64,000 nt of DNA, from positions 3,360 through 67,359 of the IMG/VR virus record IMGVR_UViG_3300049823_000342. The stretch is one strand, 5' to 3'. The translations under genes and the position numbers were made by a program. The stretch comes from a virus. Taxonomy: Duplodnaviria; Caudoviricetes. Positions 1 to 8,547 of this stretch are shown here, one piece after another. Every line of letters begins with the position of its first letter. The stretch's first letter is position 1. The notes beneath the pieces are model-generated. The model ran no database searches. It was not told the DNA's origin and was given only the letters and a program-made list of their open reading frames with translations.

Positions 1-43
1 CGCGCAGCCAGTCGATGAAGTTCGTGGTCGTTGCTGTCGCCAT
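1..43 (-). CDS. 5' fragment of a leftward gene (MATATTTNFIDWLR...), runs off the window
   Basis: CAT at 41-43 preceded on the minus strand by GAAAGGAGA (strong RBS); SOS box upstream. Confidence 0.55.
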   Translation of the reverse strand, partial: MATATTTNFIDWLR

Positions 44-69
44 CGTGTTCTCTCCTTTCGGCCAATCCC

Positions 70-98
70 GAGCGCTCGGTCATTTTGACCGAACGCTC
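70..98. repeat. 29-bp palindrome GAGCGCTCGGTCA-TTT-TGACCGAACGCTC, isolated copy of the repeat inside the ParB-like gene
   Basis: One mismatch to the reverse complement of 1585-1613; similar flanks (CC before, AATGA after). Confidence 0.9.
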
Positions 99-121
99 AA
101 TGACGAGTCGCAAGCGGAATA

Positions 122-136
122 GAACAAATTGAGAAC
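122..136. promoter_or_regulatory. Alphaproteobacterial LexA (SOS) box GAAC-N7-GAAC
   Basis: GAAC AAATTGA GAAC matches the GTTC-N7-GTTC consensus on the minus strand, upstream of the gene starting at 43. Confidence 0.75.
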
Positions 137-168
137 ATCGACAATCGGACAGCATGGCGAAGCTGTCC

Positions 169-867
169 CTAAAGCGGACGAGCGTATTCGCCGATGACGC
201 GCGCAACGACGATATATTGATCCTCTTCGTGGCCCAGATCGCGCGCAAGAACCGTCTCTTCCTCGTCGTTGCCATCACGGAGGGAAAATCGTGCCAGGAT
301 GACGCCGCCATTGACCCGGAACAGATAATAAGCGCCGTGCATCATGCGCTCGCCGGGCTGATGATCCTTGCAGAACAACATTGTCCCCGCGTCGATATTC
401 AGCGCGTCGTTGCGCGTCGGCGCCCGAGCCATCCAGATGCCCGACGTGTCGCCCAGGCTGGCATAGAGCCAATCCTTGCGCATTAGCGTGGTGGTCAGGG
501 GCGTGAGCTTCCCCAGCTCGTCAATTTCGTGGGTCAGATATTCGGGAACCTCGACCCAGTCGGCGTCGTCCGCATTGATTAGCGAAGGTCGGCGGCTCCG
601 GCCTAGCAAGGCGTCCACGCTCGTCGACAGAAGGTCAGCAACCGTGGACAGGTGCTCAGCAGGCCAAGGGCGCTTCCCGGTCCAATAATTCGCCATTGCC
701 GAGGACGAAACGCCAGTCCCCTTCATGATCGCCGAATAGCTGACATTCACCGCTTCTGCTCGATCGCGGACTCGCTTTGCAGTTTGCTCCACAAATCCCG
801 CTTGACGGTCCTCGTTCGTGGACTTATTAACCTCGTTCGATGATAAAGAGCTTGAGGTCTTAGCCAT
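169..867 (-). CDS. Phage repressor (XRE HTH plus degenerate S24-like C-terminal domain); start uncertain, GTG at 792 is likely
   Basis: HTH-like VSYSAIMKGTGVSSSAMANYWTG...LSTSVDALLG; divergent from ner; Mu c position. Confidence 0.75.
   Translation of the reverse strand: MAKTSSSLSSNEVNKSTNEDRQAGFVEQTAKRVRDRAEAVNVSYSAIMKGTGVSSSAMANYWTGKRPWPAEHLSTVADLLSTSVDALLGRSRRPSLINADDADWVEVPEYLTHEIDELGKLTPLTTTLMRKDWLYASLGDTSGIWMARAPTRNDALNIDAGTMLFCKDHQPGERMMHGAYYLFRVNGGVILARFSLRDGNDEEETVLARDLGHEEDQYIVVARVIGEYARPL
802..839 (+). promoter_or_regulatory. Putative early promoter Pe with operator repeats
   Basis: TTGACG(802-807)-17 bp-TATTAA(825-830); direct repeat CCTCGTTCG at 810-818 and 831-839. Confidence 0.6.
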
Positions 868-1132
868 GTCAGTGACCCTCCACCCGGAACGGGTGAAAGC
901 GGAAATTCGGATGCGATGCGGCACATTGGTTCGCTTCGCCGAGGCCAACGGCCTCAATGAAGAGCAGGTGCGCGACTATCTTCGCGGCCGTAGCGGAACG
1001 GCTCGTGCGGCCGTCGCCAAGCTGTTGGATGTCGATCCTGAGCATCTGATTCTCTCTCGCGCTGTCCCGGTTCGTGGAGTTGTTACCGCAAATGAGGATG
1101 CGGCGCACGGTCTAAGTGCGGGGGCCAAATAG
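866..1132 (+). CDS. ner: Ner/Nlp-like DNA-binding regulator
   Basis: LHPERVKAEIRMRCGTLVRFAEANGL pattern; RBS GAGGT; first early gene. Confidence 0.7.
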   Translation: MSVTLHPERVKAEIRMRCGTLVRFAEANGLNEEQVRDYLRGRSGTARAAVAKLLDVDPEHLILSRAVPVRGVVTANEDAAHGLSAGAK

Positions 1133-1134
1133 GC

Positions 1135-2256
1135 ATGGCCTCGAAACCCAAAGATGCCGCGCCGGTCGTTGATCAGGTGTTGGAGCTGGACCCCGCCACG
1201 ATCGACGTTTCGGGACGGGTCGGCTTGTTCTTCCCCGAGAAGGCCGAAGCCTATGCCGCGCTGATCGCGCGGGATGGGCAGCGGACCCCGATCACGGTTC
1301 GCCGCAACGGCAGCCGGGCCAAGTTGCCGTGGACGTTGGTCGCCGGGCTTCACCGCCATCGGGGTTGCGAAATCGCGGGCCTGAAGGTTCGCGCGCTTGC
1401 CGTTGAAGGCGATGAGGATGCGCTGAAAGCGGTGCAGGCGAGCGAGAACCTCGACCGCCGTGACTTGTCGCCGCTTGAGCGCGCAATGTTTGTCGCGGCC
1501 GTTGCGGACGCTGCGAAGGCCCGGCTGCGTCAGCTTCACGACGGAAAGTCGCAACAGCAAATAGCCGCAGAAATCGGCGCTTCCGAGCGTTCGGTCAAAA
1601 TGACCGAACGCTCAAATGAGCGCTGCGACATTTTGTCGCAACGCTCGGACGAGCGTCGGGGCATTTTGCCCCAACGCTCAAATGACCGCGCAGATAAGGT
1701 CCAATTCACGCCGGTCGAAAGGGCGGACGCCGAGGCTCAAGGCGCGGAAGACGCGCTCCGTTCAACATATCAGTGGAGCGAAGCGACCGCTGCGGCCTGT
1801 GGCATGGGCGTCGAGAGCCTCAAGCGCTCGCTCCGCATCTTCCGCATCATCGTCGAGCCGAACCGCGACCTGATGGACGCGATCAAGGATCATGCCGTAG
1901 CGCAGAATGCGAGCGCGTTGCTGGCGATCTGCGCGAACGGGAGTGACCCGGCGAACGTCCGCGCGATCGTCGAATGGCTGATCGCGCATCCCGTCGCGAA
2001 AACCGCCGACGAGGCGATGGTCGCGCTGGAGCTGATGCCCAGCCGCGGCGGCACCGGCGCGCCTGCGACGGGGGACACGAAGTTCCTCAACGGGCTGCAA
2101 TCGAACCTCCAGCGGCTGTCGCTGAACGGCCAGCGGCGCGCGGCCGACGTGATCGCGCAGTCGATCGCGCCGACGGCGCTGGTCGCGGTGCGCGACGCCA
2201 TTTCGGCGCGGATCGCGGCGATGGAAGCCCCCAAAGACAAGGGAGAGAAGGCATGA
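1135..2256 (+). CDS. ParB N-terminal (CTPase) domain protein with an internal 11-aa repeat and an HTH
   Basis: PITVRR...LVAGLHR...SENLDRRDLSPLERA is the ParB/Srx signature; later WSEATAAACGMGVESLKRSLRI is HTH-like. Confidence 0.85.
   Translation: MASKPKDAAPVVDQVLELDPATIDVSGRVGLFFPEKAEAYAALIARDGQRTPITVRRNGSRAKLPWTLVAGLHRHRGCEIAGLKVRALAVEGDEDALKAVQASENLDRRDLSPLERAMFVAAVADAAKARLRQLHDGKSQQQIAAEIGASERSVKMTERSNERCDILSQRSDERRGILPQRSNDRADKVQFTPVERADAEAQGAEDALRSTYQWSEATAAACGMGVESLKRSLRIFRIIVEPNRDLMDAIKDHAVAQNASALLAICANGSDPANVRAIVEWLIAHPVAKTADEAMVALELMPSRGGTGAPATGDTKFLNGLQSNLQRLSLNGQRRAADVIAQSIAPTALVAVRDAISARIAAMEAPKDKGEKA
1585..1679. repeat. Three tandem 29-bp palindromes, 33-bp period, inside the ParB-like CDS
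   Basis: GAGCGTTCGGTCA-AAA-TGACCGAACGCTC (1585-1613); GAGCGCTGCGACA-TTT-TGTCGCAACGCTC (1618-1646); GAGCGTCGGGGCA-TTT-TGCCCCAACGCTC (1651-1679). Confidence 0.95.
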
Positions 2257-2543
2257 GAAAGGTAATCGACGCGAGGCTGTTCAAGGCGGTTCGGAAAATC
2301 GCACGCGAGCTGAGCGACCGGCTGATCGCCAACCGGACCGGCCCCTATGATCCCGACGCGCGCCGCATAGCCACAGACGCGGCGGTGTTCGCGATCGAGG
2401 CTTTGGGCGGCGTGATCCGCGATGACGCGAAGGTCGTTGCCCTCACGCTGGGCGGCGTCCGTTCGACCAGCACAAGCGGAATATTGGGCGCCATGACCAA
2501 TTGGCTGCGCGCGGCCGAACCCAAGATCGGAGCGTCGAAATGA
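2253..2543 (+). CDS. Hypothetical early protein
   Basis: ATGA overlap with the ParB-like gene, RBS GGAGA. Confidence 0.7.
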   Translation: MRKVIDARLFKAVRKIARELSDRLIANRTGPYDPDARRIATDAAVFAIEALGGVIRDDAKVVALTLGGVRSTSTSGILGAMTNWLRAAEPKIGASK

Positions 2544-2917
2544 CTGGCGCCTCGCAAGACTGGCACGAAGGCGATCTGGCCGTGTGCATCAACAATATCG
2601 GCTGGTGGGAAGAGCGCGCGCATGGCGCTGTCGACGGTCCGGTACTGGATCAGGTTCTGCGGGTCGCCGCCGTCTATTCCGGCCTTGGCCTGGAGTTCGA
2701 CGAGTTCCCCGACCAGATTTGGCCGGAGCGCGAGTTTCGGCGGATCGAGCCCGACCATAGCGCCGCCAACGACCCAGATATCGTCGCGCTGATCAAGGGC
2801 GCGCGCGTTCTTTCCTCTTGTTCCGGCCTTCCCCCTCTCGGCCGGAACGGCGCGGCGGCATTGCCCCTTTCCGCCGCCGCGCCACCCCCTTCCAATGGAG
2901 TGACCGACCATGGCTGA
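2540..2917 (+). CDS. Hypothetical early protein
   Basis: ATGA overlap; in operon. Confidence 0.65.
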   Translation: MTGASQDWHEGDLAVCINNIGWWEERAHGAVDGPVLDQVLRVAAVYSGLGLEFDEFPDQIWPEREFRRIEPDHSAANDPDIVALIKGARVLSSCSGLPPLGRNGAAALPLSAAAPPPSNGVTDHG

Positions 2918-3248
2918 CACCAGCTATACCATTGCGCTCGACATCTTCGCCCGACATGGCAAGCGGCCGATCCTGATTGCCGTGGATGCGGCGACGTCGG
3001 ACTATTCGATCTATGAGCTGGGCGCCGCGCCCGACGCCGATACCGTGGCCGAGATTATCGAGGCATTGGAACGGGAGATCGAGATCGCCGAGGAATGCCC
3101 GGTCGCGATCGAAACTGACCATAGCATCCATTTTTCGTCCGATGTCTTCCATCGCTGGCTGTTCAAGAAAGGCATCGTGCATCGCTATCGGCCGTTGGCG
3201 CCGATCGTCGAGGCGCTGATCCGCCAGCACGCGCCGGAGTGGGCGTGA
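2910..3248 (+). CDS. Hypothetical early protein
   Basis: RBS GGAG, coupled in operon. Confidence 0.7.
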   Translation: MADTSYTIALDIFARHGKRPILIAVDAATSDYSIYELGAAPDADTVAEIIEALEREIEIAEECPVAIETDHSIHFSSDVFHRWLFKKGIVHRYRPLAPIVEALIRQHAPEWA

Positions 3249-3340
3249 TGGTGGCGCATACGCTGATCAACATCGCGTTCGTCGCGATCGGGCTTGTCGG
3301 GCTGGGCGTGATCGTCGGCTCGCTGCGGGGGATGGTGTGA
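3248..3340 (+). CDS. 30-aa single-TM peptide (MVAHTLINIAFVAIGLVGLGVIVGSLRGMV)
   Basis: Fills the gap exactly with TGATG overlaps on both sides; hydrophobic; below the ORF-track cutoff. Confidence 0.6.
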   Translation: MVAHTLINIAFVAIGLVGLGVIVGSLRGMV

Positions 3341-3567
3341 TGGGCAATCTTCGTCCCGCGCCCGCCAATCTGACGCCGCAGCGCGTCGACAGCCTGATCC
3401 GGGCGCTCGACCATTATGACGGCGTCGCGGCGCTGCGCGCCTTTGGCCTGGTGCCCGAGGAGATTGAGAGCATTCGCCGGATCGCGCGGCGGCGCGGCAC
3501 GTCGTCGCTGGAAGCGGCGCGGACGTTGCTGCGCGCGGCGCTGGAAGCGGTCGAGGGCGCCGACTGA
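3340..3567 (+). CDS. Hypothetical protein (possible ribbon-helix-helix)
   Basis: TGATG coupling on both sides. Confidence 0.6.
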   Translation: MGNLRPAPANLTPQRVDSLIRALDHYDGVAALRAFGLVPEEIESIRRIARRRGTSSLEAARTLLRAALEAVEGAD

Positions 3568-4019
3568 TGGCGAAGGCGCGCGCCACCAGCCAGCTTGCCT
3601 TTGCGTTCGACCTGCCGCGGCCGGCGACGCATCCGGCAGCGATGGCGGGGTCGGACGCGCGCACGGCGCGGATGGTCGGCGAGATATTGAACAGCGACCC
3701 GCGCGCCCGCGAAGTGATCGCCGCCGAAATGAGCGTCCTGCTGGACGATCAGGTGAGCAAGGCGATGCTCGACGCGTGGTCGGCGCCGGGGAAGGACGCG
3801 CACAATATCAGTTGGTCGCGGCTGCGCGCGCTGATCCTCGTCACCAACCGTTTCGACCTGCTCGACCGCGACCTGCGCGAGATCGGCGCGGCGGTGCTGG
3901 TCGGCGAGGAAATCCACACGGCCCGACTGGGCCATCTGAAATCGAAAATCGCCGAGCTGACCGCCGAACTGCGCGCGGTCGAGCGGATGGCGGCGCCGAT
4001 TAGCCGAGGGAGAGAGTGA
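3567..4019 (+). CDS. Mu-like regulatory protein upstream of the transposase
   Basis: AEMSVLL...VSKAMLDAWSAP...HNIS pattern typical of this position in alphaproteobacterial Mu-like phages. Confidence 0.7.
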   Translation: MAKARATSQLAFAFDLPRPATHPAAMAGSDARTARMVGEILNSDPRAREVIAAEMSVLLDDQVSKAMLDAWSAPGKDAHNISWSRLRALILVTNRFDLLDRDLREIGAAVLVGEEIHTARLGHLKSKIAELTAELRAVERMAAPISRGRE

Positions 4020-5989
4020 TGTCGAAACCGAACAAGCTGTGGTTCACGGCGAAGGAACTGGCCGAGCTGGAGCTTGCGGGCCTGCCGCGGCGCAAGCGCG
4101 ATATCAACCGGCTGGCCGAGGACGAGAATTGGGCGGTCGCGGTGAGCGACGGCGGCGCGCCGCTCGCGCGGCGCCATTCGGGCCGGGGCGGCGGGTATCA
4201 ATATCATGTGTCGCTGCTCCCCGCCGCCGCGCGCGCCGATCTGGTGCAGAAGGGGCTGGCGGGCGGCGTGGAAGCGGCCGAGGCGGGGAGTTGCAACGAC
4301 GCCTCGAACCTGTGGCACTGGCTGGGAACGCAGTCCGACGAGGTGCGCGCCGAAGCGCAGCGCCGGGCGAGCGTCATCGCCTGTATCGAGATGTTCGAGA
4401 GCGCGAACATGCCGCGATCGGCGGCGATCGCGGCGGTCGCGGAGTCCGAGGGGCTGAGCGCCGGAACGCTGTGGAACTGGCTGCGGCTGGTGAAGGGCGT
4501 CCCCGCGGCCGAGCGCCTACCGCTGCTGGCACCGCGCCGATCGGGCGGCGGCGTCGAGGCCGAGGTCGATCCGGCGATCTGGCAGGAACTGCTGTCGGAC
4601 TATCTGCGGCTGTCGGCGCCGGGCTGGCCCTCCTGCTACGATCGCGCGGCAGCGAAGGCGAAGGCGCGCGGCATCACCTTGCCGCATAGCCGGACGCTCT
4701 ATCGGAAGATGGTCCGCGAAGTCCCGGCGCAGGTCATCACGCTGCGCCGAAAGGGCGAGGAAGAGCTTCGCAAGACGCTCCCGGCGCAAATCCGGTCAGT
4801 CGCCGACCTGCACGCGATGGAGCTGGTGAACATCGACGGGCACCGCTGCGACGTGTTCGTGAAGATGCCCGACGGGCGGATCATCCGCCCGACGATGATC
4901 GCGATCCAGGACGTCTATTCGCGCAAGTTCCTGTCGTGGCGCTTCGCCGAAACCGAGGACATGGTCACGGCACGGCTCGTCTTTGCCGACCTGTTCGCGA
5001 AATGGGGCATCCCCAAGGGCCTGCTGACGGACAACGGCCGCGCCTTTGCGTCGAAATGGCTGACGGGCGGCGCGAAGACGCGCTTCCGCTTCAAAATCCG
5101 TGACGAAGACCCGACCGGGCTGCTCGTCGCGCTGGGCATCACGATCCATTGGGCCAAGCCGTATCGCGGCCAGTCGAAGCCGATCGAACGCGGTTTCCGC
5201 GACCTGTGCGACGCGATCGCGAAGCATCCGGCTTTCGAGGGCGCTTACACCGGCAACCGCCCGGACGCGAAGCCCGAGAATTACGGCACCAAGGCGGTCG
5301 ATTTCGAGACGTTCGAGCGGGTGTGGAACGCCGGGATGGAAGCGCACAACCGCAAGCTGGGGCGGCGGAGCGAGATGGCGATGGGCCGCAAGAGCTTCGA
5401 CCAGGTGTTCGAGGAAAGTTATGCCCGTTCGCCGGTCGGCAAGGCGACCGAAGAGCAGCTTCGCATGGCGCTGCTCGCGGCCGATCAGGTTCGCACCGAT
5501 CGCAAGACGGGTGCGATCACGCTGGCGGGCAATCGCTATTGGTCGCCCGAGCTGAGCGATATCGCGGGGCAGCCGGTGACGGTGCGCTTCGACCCCGAGC
5601 AGCTCCATGCGCCGATCCACGTCTATGACCGCGCCGGGCGCTTCCTCGCGACCGCCCCGCTGTGGGAGGCGACCGGCTTCCTCGACATGGCGGCGGCGAA
5701 GAAGCGCCAGCGGCTGGAGCGCAATTGGAAGAAATCGGCGAAGGAAGCCGCCGCCGCGCTCGACCTGCTCAGCGCCGACGAGCTGGTTGCGGCGCTGCCC
5801 GATTACGAGCCCGAGGGCGTGGCGCCGAAGCCCGGTGCCACGCGGATGGTGCCGCGACGCGGGCAGACGGTCGCGCAGCTCAAGGCCGTCTCACAGACCG
5901 CTCAGAAGCCTCTGACCACCCCCCAGGCAGAAGCGACGATCGACCGCTTTGCACGCGCCGCCGAGCGGCATCTGCGCGCCATCGACTAA
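4016..5989 (+). CDS. MuA-family DDE transposase
   Basis: N-terminal Mu HTH (WFTAKELAEL..LP), catalytic NIDGH / LTDNG / KPIERGF, 657 aa. Confidence 0.95.
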   Translation: MMSKPNKLWFTAKELAELELAGLPRRKRDINRLAEDENWAVAVSDGGAPLARRHSGRGGGYQYHVSLLPAAARADLVQKGLAGGVEAAEAGSCNDASNLWHWLGTQSDEVRAEAQRRASVIACIEMFESANMPRSAAIAAVAESEGLSAGTLWNWLRLVKGVPAAERLPLLAPRRSGGGVEAEVDPAIWQELLSDYLRLSAPGWPSCYDRAAAKAKARGITLPHSRTLYRKMVREVPAQVITLRRKGEEELRKTLPAQIRSVADLHAMELVNIDGHRCDVFVKMPDGRIIRPTMIAIQDVYSRKFLSWRFAETEDMVTARLVFADLFAKWGIPKGLLTDNGRAFASKWLTGGAKTRFRFKIRDEDPTGLLVALGITIHWAKPYRGQSKPIERGFRDLCDAIAKHPAFEGAYTGNRPDAKPENYGTKAVDFETFERVWNAGMEAHNRKLGRRSEMAMGRKSFDQVFEESYARSPVGKATEEQLRMALLAADQVRTDRKTGAITLAGNRYWSPELSDIAGQPVTVRFDPEQLHAPIHVYDRAGRFLATAPLWEATGFLDMAAAKKRQRLERNWKKSAKEAAAALDLLSADELVAALPDYEPEGVAPKPGATRMVPRRGQTVAQLKAVSQTAQKPLTTPQAEATIDRFARAAERHLRAID

Positions 5990-6002
5990 AGAGGAGAGAG
6001 AC

Positions 6003-6995
6003 GTGAACAACCCCGAAGATTTCCCCGTCGACGAGGCCGAGGTCAAGGCATGGCTGAACGAGCGCCGGGCGACGACCGGATTGTCCTGGAAGGCCATCGC
6101 TGACGAAAGCGGCCTGAAATCCGGCACGCTGTCGAACTGGGCGAACGGCACCTATGCCGGTCGCGGGGAGAATGTTGCCCGCGACGTGTTCAAATACCGG
6201 CAGATGCTCGAATCGCAGACCGAGCGCGCCGCCGATCGGCAGAGCGCCGGCCTGACCGAAGCCCCGAACTTCATCGAAACCGCAACGGGGCGCCGTCTGC
6301 GCGGCCTGCTGATGACCGCGCATAGCGGCGAAATCACTTATGCCGCGACCGGCCCCGGCACCGGCAAGACGAAGGAAGCGCAGAACTACATCGCCTGCAT
6401 GTCGAACGCCTACATGGTGACGATGAAGCCGACGACGAAGAGCGTCACGGCGATGATGGGCGAGGTCATCCGCGCCCTTGGCGGCAAGTCGGGCACGAGC
6501 TGGGCGCGCCAGATGTCCGCCCAGGTCATCGACATGGTGAAGGGCCGTCGCTGCCTGCTGATCGTGGACGAAGCGAACTATCTGGAGTTCGAGGCCCACG
6601 AAGAGTTGCGCGCATGGCACGATATCGCCGGGCTCGGCATCTGCCTGCTCGGCAACGAGGAACTGCATTCGACGATCCGCGGCGGCGCGCTGCGCGGTGC
6701 CCGGCATAGCTTCGCCCGGCTCAATAGCCGCATTGCGATGAAGCATGTCCAGGACATGCCGCTGCCCGAGGATATCGCCGCCTACCTCGACGCCTGGAAG
6801 ATCGAGAATGCCGAACAGCGCGCACTGCTGACCAAGGTCGGCATGACGCCCGGAACGGGCGGGCTGCGCGAAATCCGCCAGATTATCACGAACGCGACCA
6901 TGCTGGCCTTTGAGGACGGTTCACCGCTGACCCACGCGCATTTGCGCGAGGCGATGGGCGCCCGCGCGACCAGCCACCTTCGCGTCGTGACCTGA
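6003..6995 (+). CDS. MuB-like AAA+ transposition ATPase
   Basis: GTG start with RBS GAGGAG; N-terminal HTH, Walker A GPGTGKT, Walker B LLIVDEA. Confidence 0.92.
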   Translation: MNNPEDFPVDEAEVKAWLNERRATTGLSWKAIADESGLKSGTLSNWANGTYAGRGENVARDVFKYRQMLESQTERAADRQSAGLTEAPNFIETATGRRLRGLLMTAHSGEITYAATGPGTGKTKEAQNYIACMSNAYMVTMKPTTKSVTAMMGEVIRALGGKSGTSWARQMSAQVIDMVKGRRCLLIVDEANYLEFEAHEELRAWHDIAGLGICLLGNEELHSTIRGGALRGARHSFARLNSRIAMKHVQDMPLPEDIAAYLDAWKIENAEQRALLTKVGMTPGTGGLREIRQIITNATMLAFEDGSPLTHAHLREAMGARATSHLRVVT

Positions 6996-7018
6996 TCCCC
7001 CAAGCAAAGGAGAATGAC

Positions 7019-7270
7019 ATGCCCCTGACCCCCGCCCGCTGGCTGGCGATCTATGAAGATTACGACGGTGACACCCGCACCGCGATGATCGGCGCGAGCG
7101 ATCCCACGCTGCTTCCCTTCGGCGTCGACGGCTCGGCCATCGGCCTGCCGGAATATAATCCCGGCGCGGCTTTGACGCTGATCGAAATGCCCGCCGATCC
7201 CGAGTTCCGCCCCACGATCGTCGACTGCGACATCGAAGCCGAACTGCCCCTGCAATTCATCGATCTTTGA
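7019..7270 (+). CDS. Hypothetical protein
   Basis: RBS AAGGAG; acidic 83 aa. Confidence 0.7.
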   Translation: MPLTPARWLAIYEDYDGDTRTAMIGASDPTLLPFGVDGSAIGLPEYNPGAALTLIEMPADPEFRPTIVDCDIEAELPLQFIDL

Positions 7271-7280
7271 GGAGGCATCC

Positions 7281-7925
7281 ATGACCGAAGCCACCACTAT
7301 CGCCCCCGCCGTCGTCGAGGTTGCGGGCAAGCGCTATATGCACGATGCCAAGGCCAATCTCGTTCCGGTCGAGACGATCCGGCCCGCCGACCTGTTGATG
7401 GACGAAACCGTCCGCAAGATCACGGGCTTTGCCCGCGACCTGTCGGCGCAGATCGCGCGGTTCAAGGGGCACACGTTCGAGGACGTCAACGGGCTCCAGG
7501 CGCTGCTCGCGCAGGAGTATGACACCAGCGTCGGCGGCAGGAAGGGCAATATCTCGCTGTCGACCTTCGACGGCTGCCAGAAGGTGCAGGTGCAGGTCGC
7601 CGACCTGATGGAGTTCGGCCCCGAGCTTCAGATCGCCAAGACGCTGATCGACGAATGTCTGTCGGATTGGTCGGCGGACAGCCGCGTCGAGTTGCGCGCG
7701 CTGGTGAACAAGGTGTTCGCGGTCGACAAGGAAGGCCAGATCAACCGCGCCGAGCTGTTCATGCTGCTGCGCGTCGAGATCGAGGACGAACGCTGGCAGA
7801 AGGCGATGACGGCGATCCGCGACAGCATCCGCGTGATCGGGTCGCGCACCTATGTCCGCTTCTATGAGCGCGATGCGCCCGATGCGCCGTGGCGGGCGAT
7901 CAGCATCGATCTGGCGGCGGTGTGA
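7281..7925 (+). CDS. DUF3164-family Mu-like phage protein
   Basis: YMHDAKANLVP...GGRKGNISLSTFDG...FGPELQIAKTLIDECL...W..AM.AIRDS pattern. Confidence 0.85.
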   Translation: MTEATTIAPAVVEVAGKRYMHDAKANLVPVETIRPADLLMDETVRKITGFARDLSAQIARFKGHTFEDVNGLQALLAQEYDTSVGGRKGNISLSTFDGCQKVQVQVADLMEFGPELQIAKTLIDECLSDWSADSRVELRALVNKVFAVDKEGQINRAELFMLLRVEIEDERWQKAMTAIRDSIRVIGSRTYVRFYERDAPDAPWRAISIDLAAV

Positions 7926-8149
7926 TGGGCGCCGCCGTGATCCAGCTCCCGCTCTGGCGTCAGGTGCCGCTGCCCGCGGCGCCGGTCGCCACGGCGGCGC
8001 GGCTGCCCGCGATCCCGGTCTTCGTCCTCGATCGGGCGAACCGTTGCCCCGACTGCCACGGCGAAGCCTTCACGGTCGGCCGCATCACCGCCGAATGCGC
8101 GGGATGCGGTCTGCCGCTGGCGATCGTCCATTCGCGGAGGCTCCTGTGA
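7925..8149 (+). CDS. Small zinc-ribbon protein
   Basis: CPDC...CAGC; TGATG coupling. Confidence 0.65.
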   Translation: MGAAVIQLPLWRQVPLPAAPVATAARLPAIPVFVLDRANRCPDCHGEAFTVGRITAECAGCGLPLAIVHSRRLL

Positions 8150-8547
8150 TGCGGAGCTGCGATTGCGGACGGCCGATCTGCCGCCAGAACAGGTCGGGGC
8201 GCTGCGCCTCCTGCGCGCAGATCGCGCGGAACACGCCCGAGCTGATCGCGCGGCGGGCGGCGACCCTTCGCCATCGCCTCTCGACGGAGCCGGGGATGCT
8301 GGCACGATATCGCAGCCAGCTCGCGGCCACGCGGGCCGGGACGGCGAACGAATATCGCATCCGTCGGCTGCGCATCGCGAAGCTGCCGGACTGGGTGCCG
8401 GTCGAGTTTCGCGACCTCTATCGCGAACTGAGCCAGGCGAAGCTGGCGCCCGACGAAATCCGGGCCGCGATCGACAATCAAATCGCCGTCAACGCCCGCG
8501 CCTACGCGCGCACCGGCAAGCTGCCCCAACATGGAGCATCGATATGA
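8149..8547 (+). CDS. Hypothetical Cys-rich protein
   Basis: MRSCDCGRPIC...CASC; TGATG coupling. Confidence 0.6.
   Translation: MRSCDCGRPICRQNRSGRCASCAQIARNTPELIARRAATLRHRLSTEPGMLARYRSQLAATRAGTANEYRIRRLRIAKLPDWVPVEFRDLYRELSQAKLAPDEIRAAIDNQIAVNARAYARTGKLPQHGASI

Noticed and set aside
164-185. TGTCCCTAAAGCGGAC as the Mu left end
   Set aside because: Only weak similarity to the putative right end; the preceding 5 bp (GAAGC) do not match TACGC; it leaves no room for transposase sites; and the ParB-type palindrome lies further left.
865-868. Repressor and ner sharing overlapping start codons in one CATG
   Set aside because: Both ATGs are in frame, but this leaves no promoter or RBS space for the repressor. 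A downstream GTG (792) explains the layout better.
1585-1679. CRISPR array or integron attC interpretation of the palindromic repeats
   Set aside because: Only 4-bp gaps with no unique spacers, the repeats are in frame within a CDS, and there are no cas genes, integron integrase or attC GTTRRRY cores.
1135-2256. Classical ParABS partition system
   Set aside because: No ParA/Soj Walker ATPase nearby, and no canonical TGTTNCACGTGAAACA parS seen.
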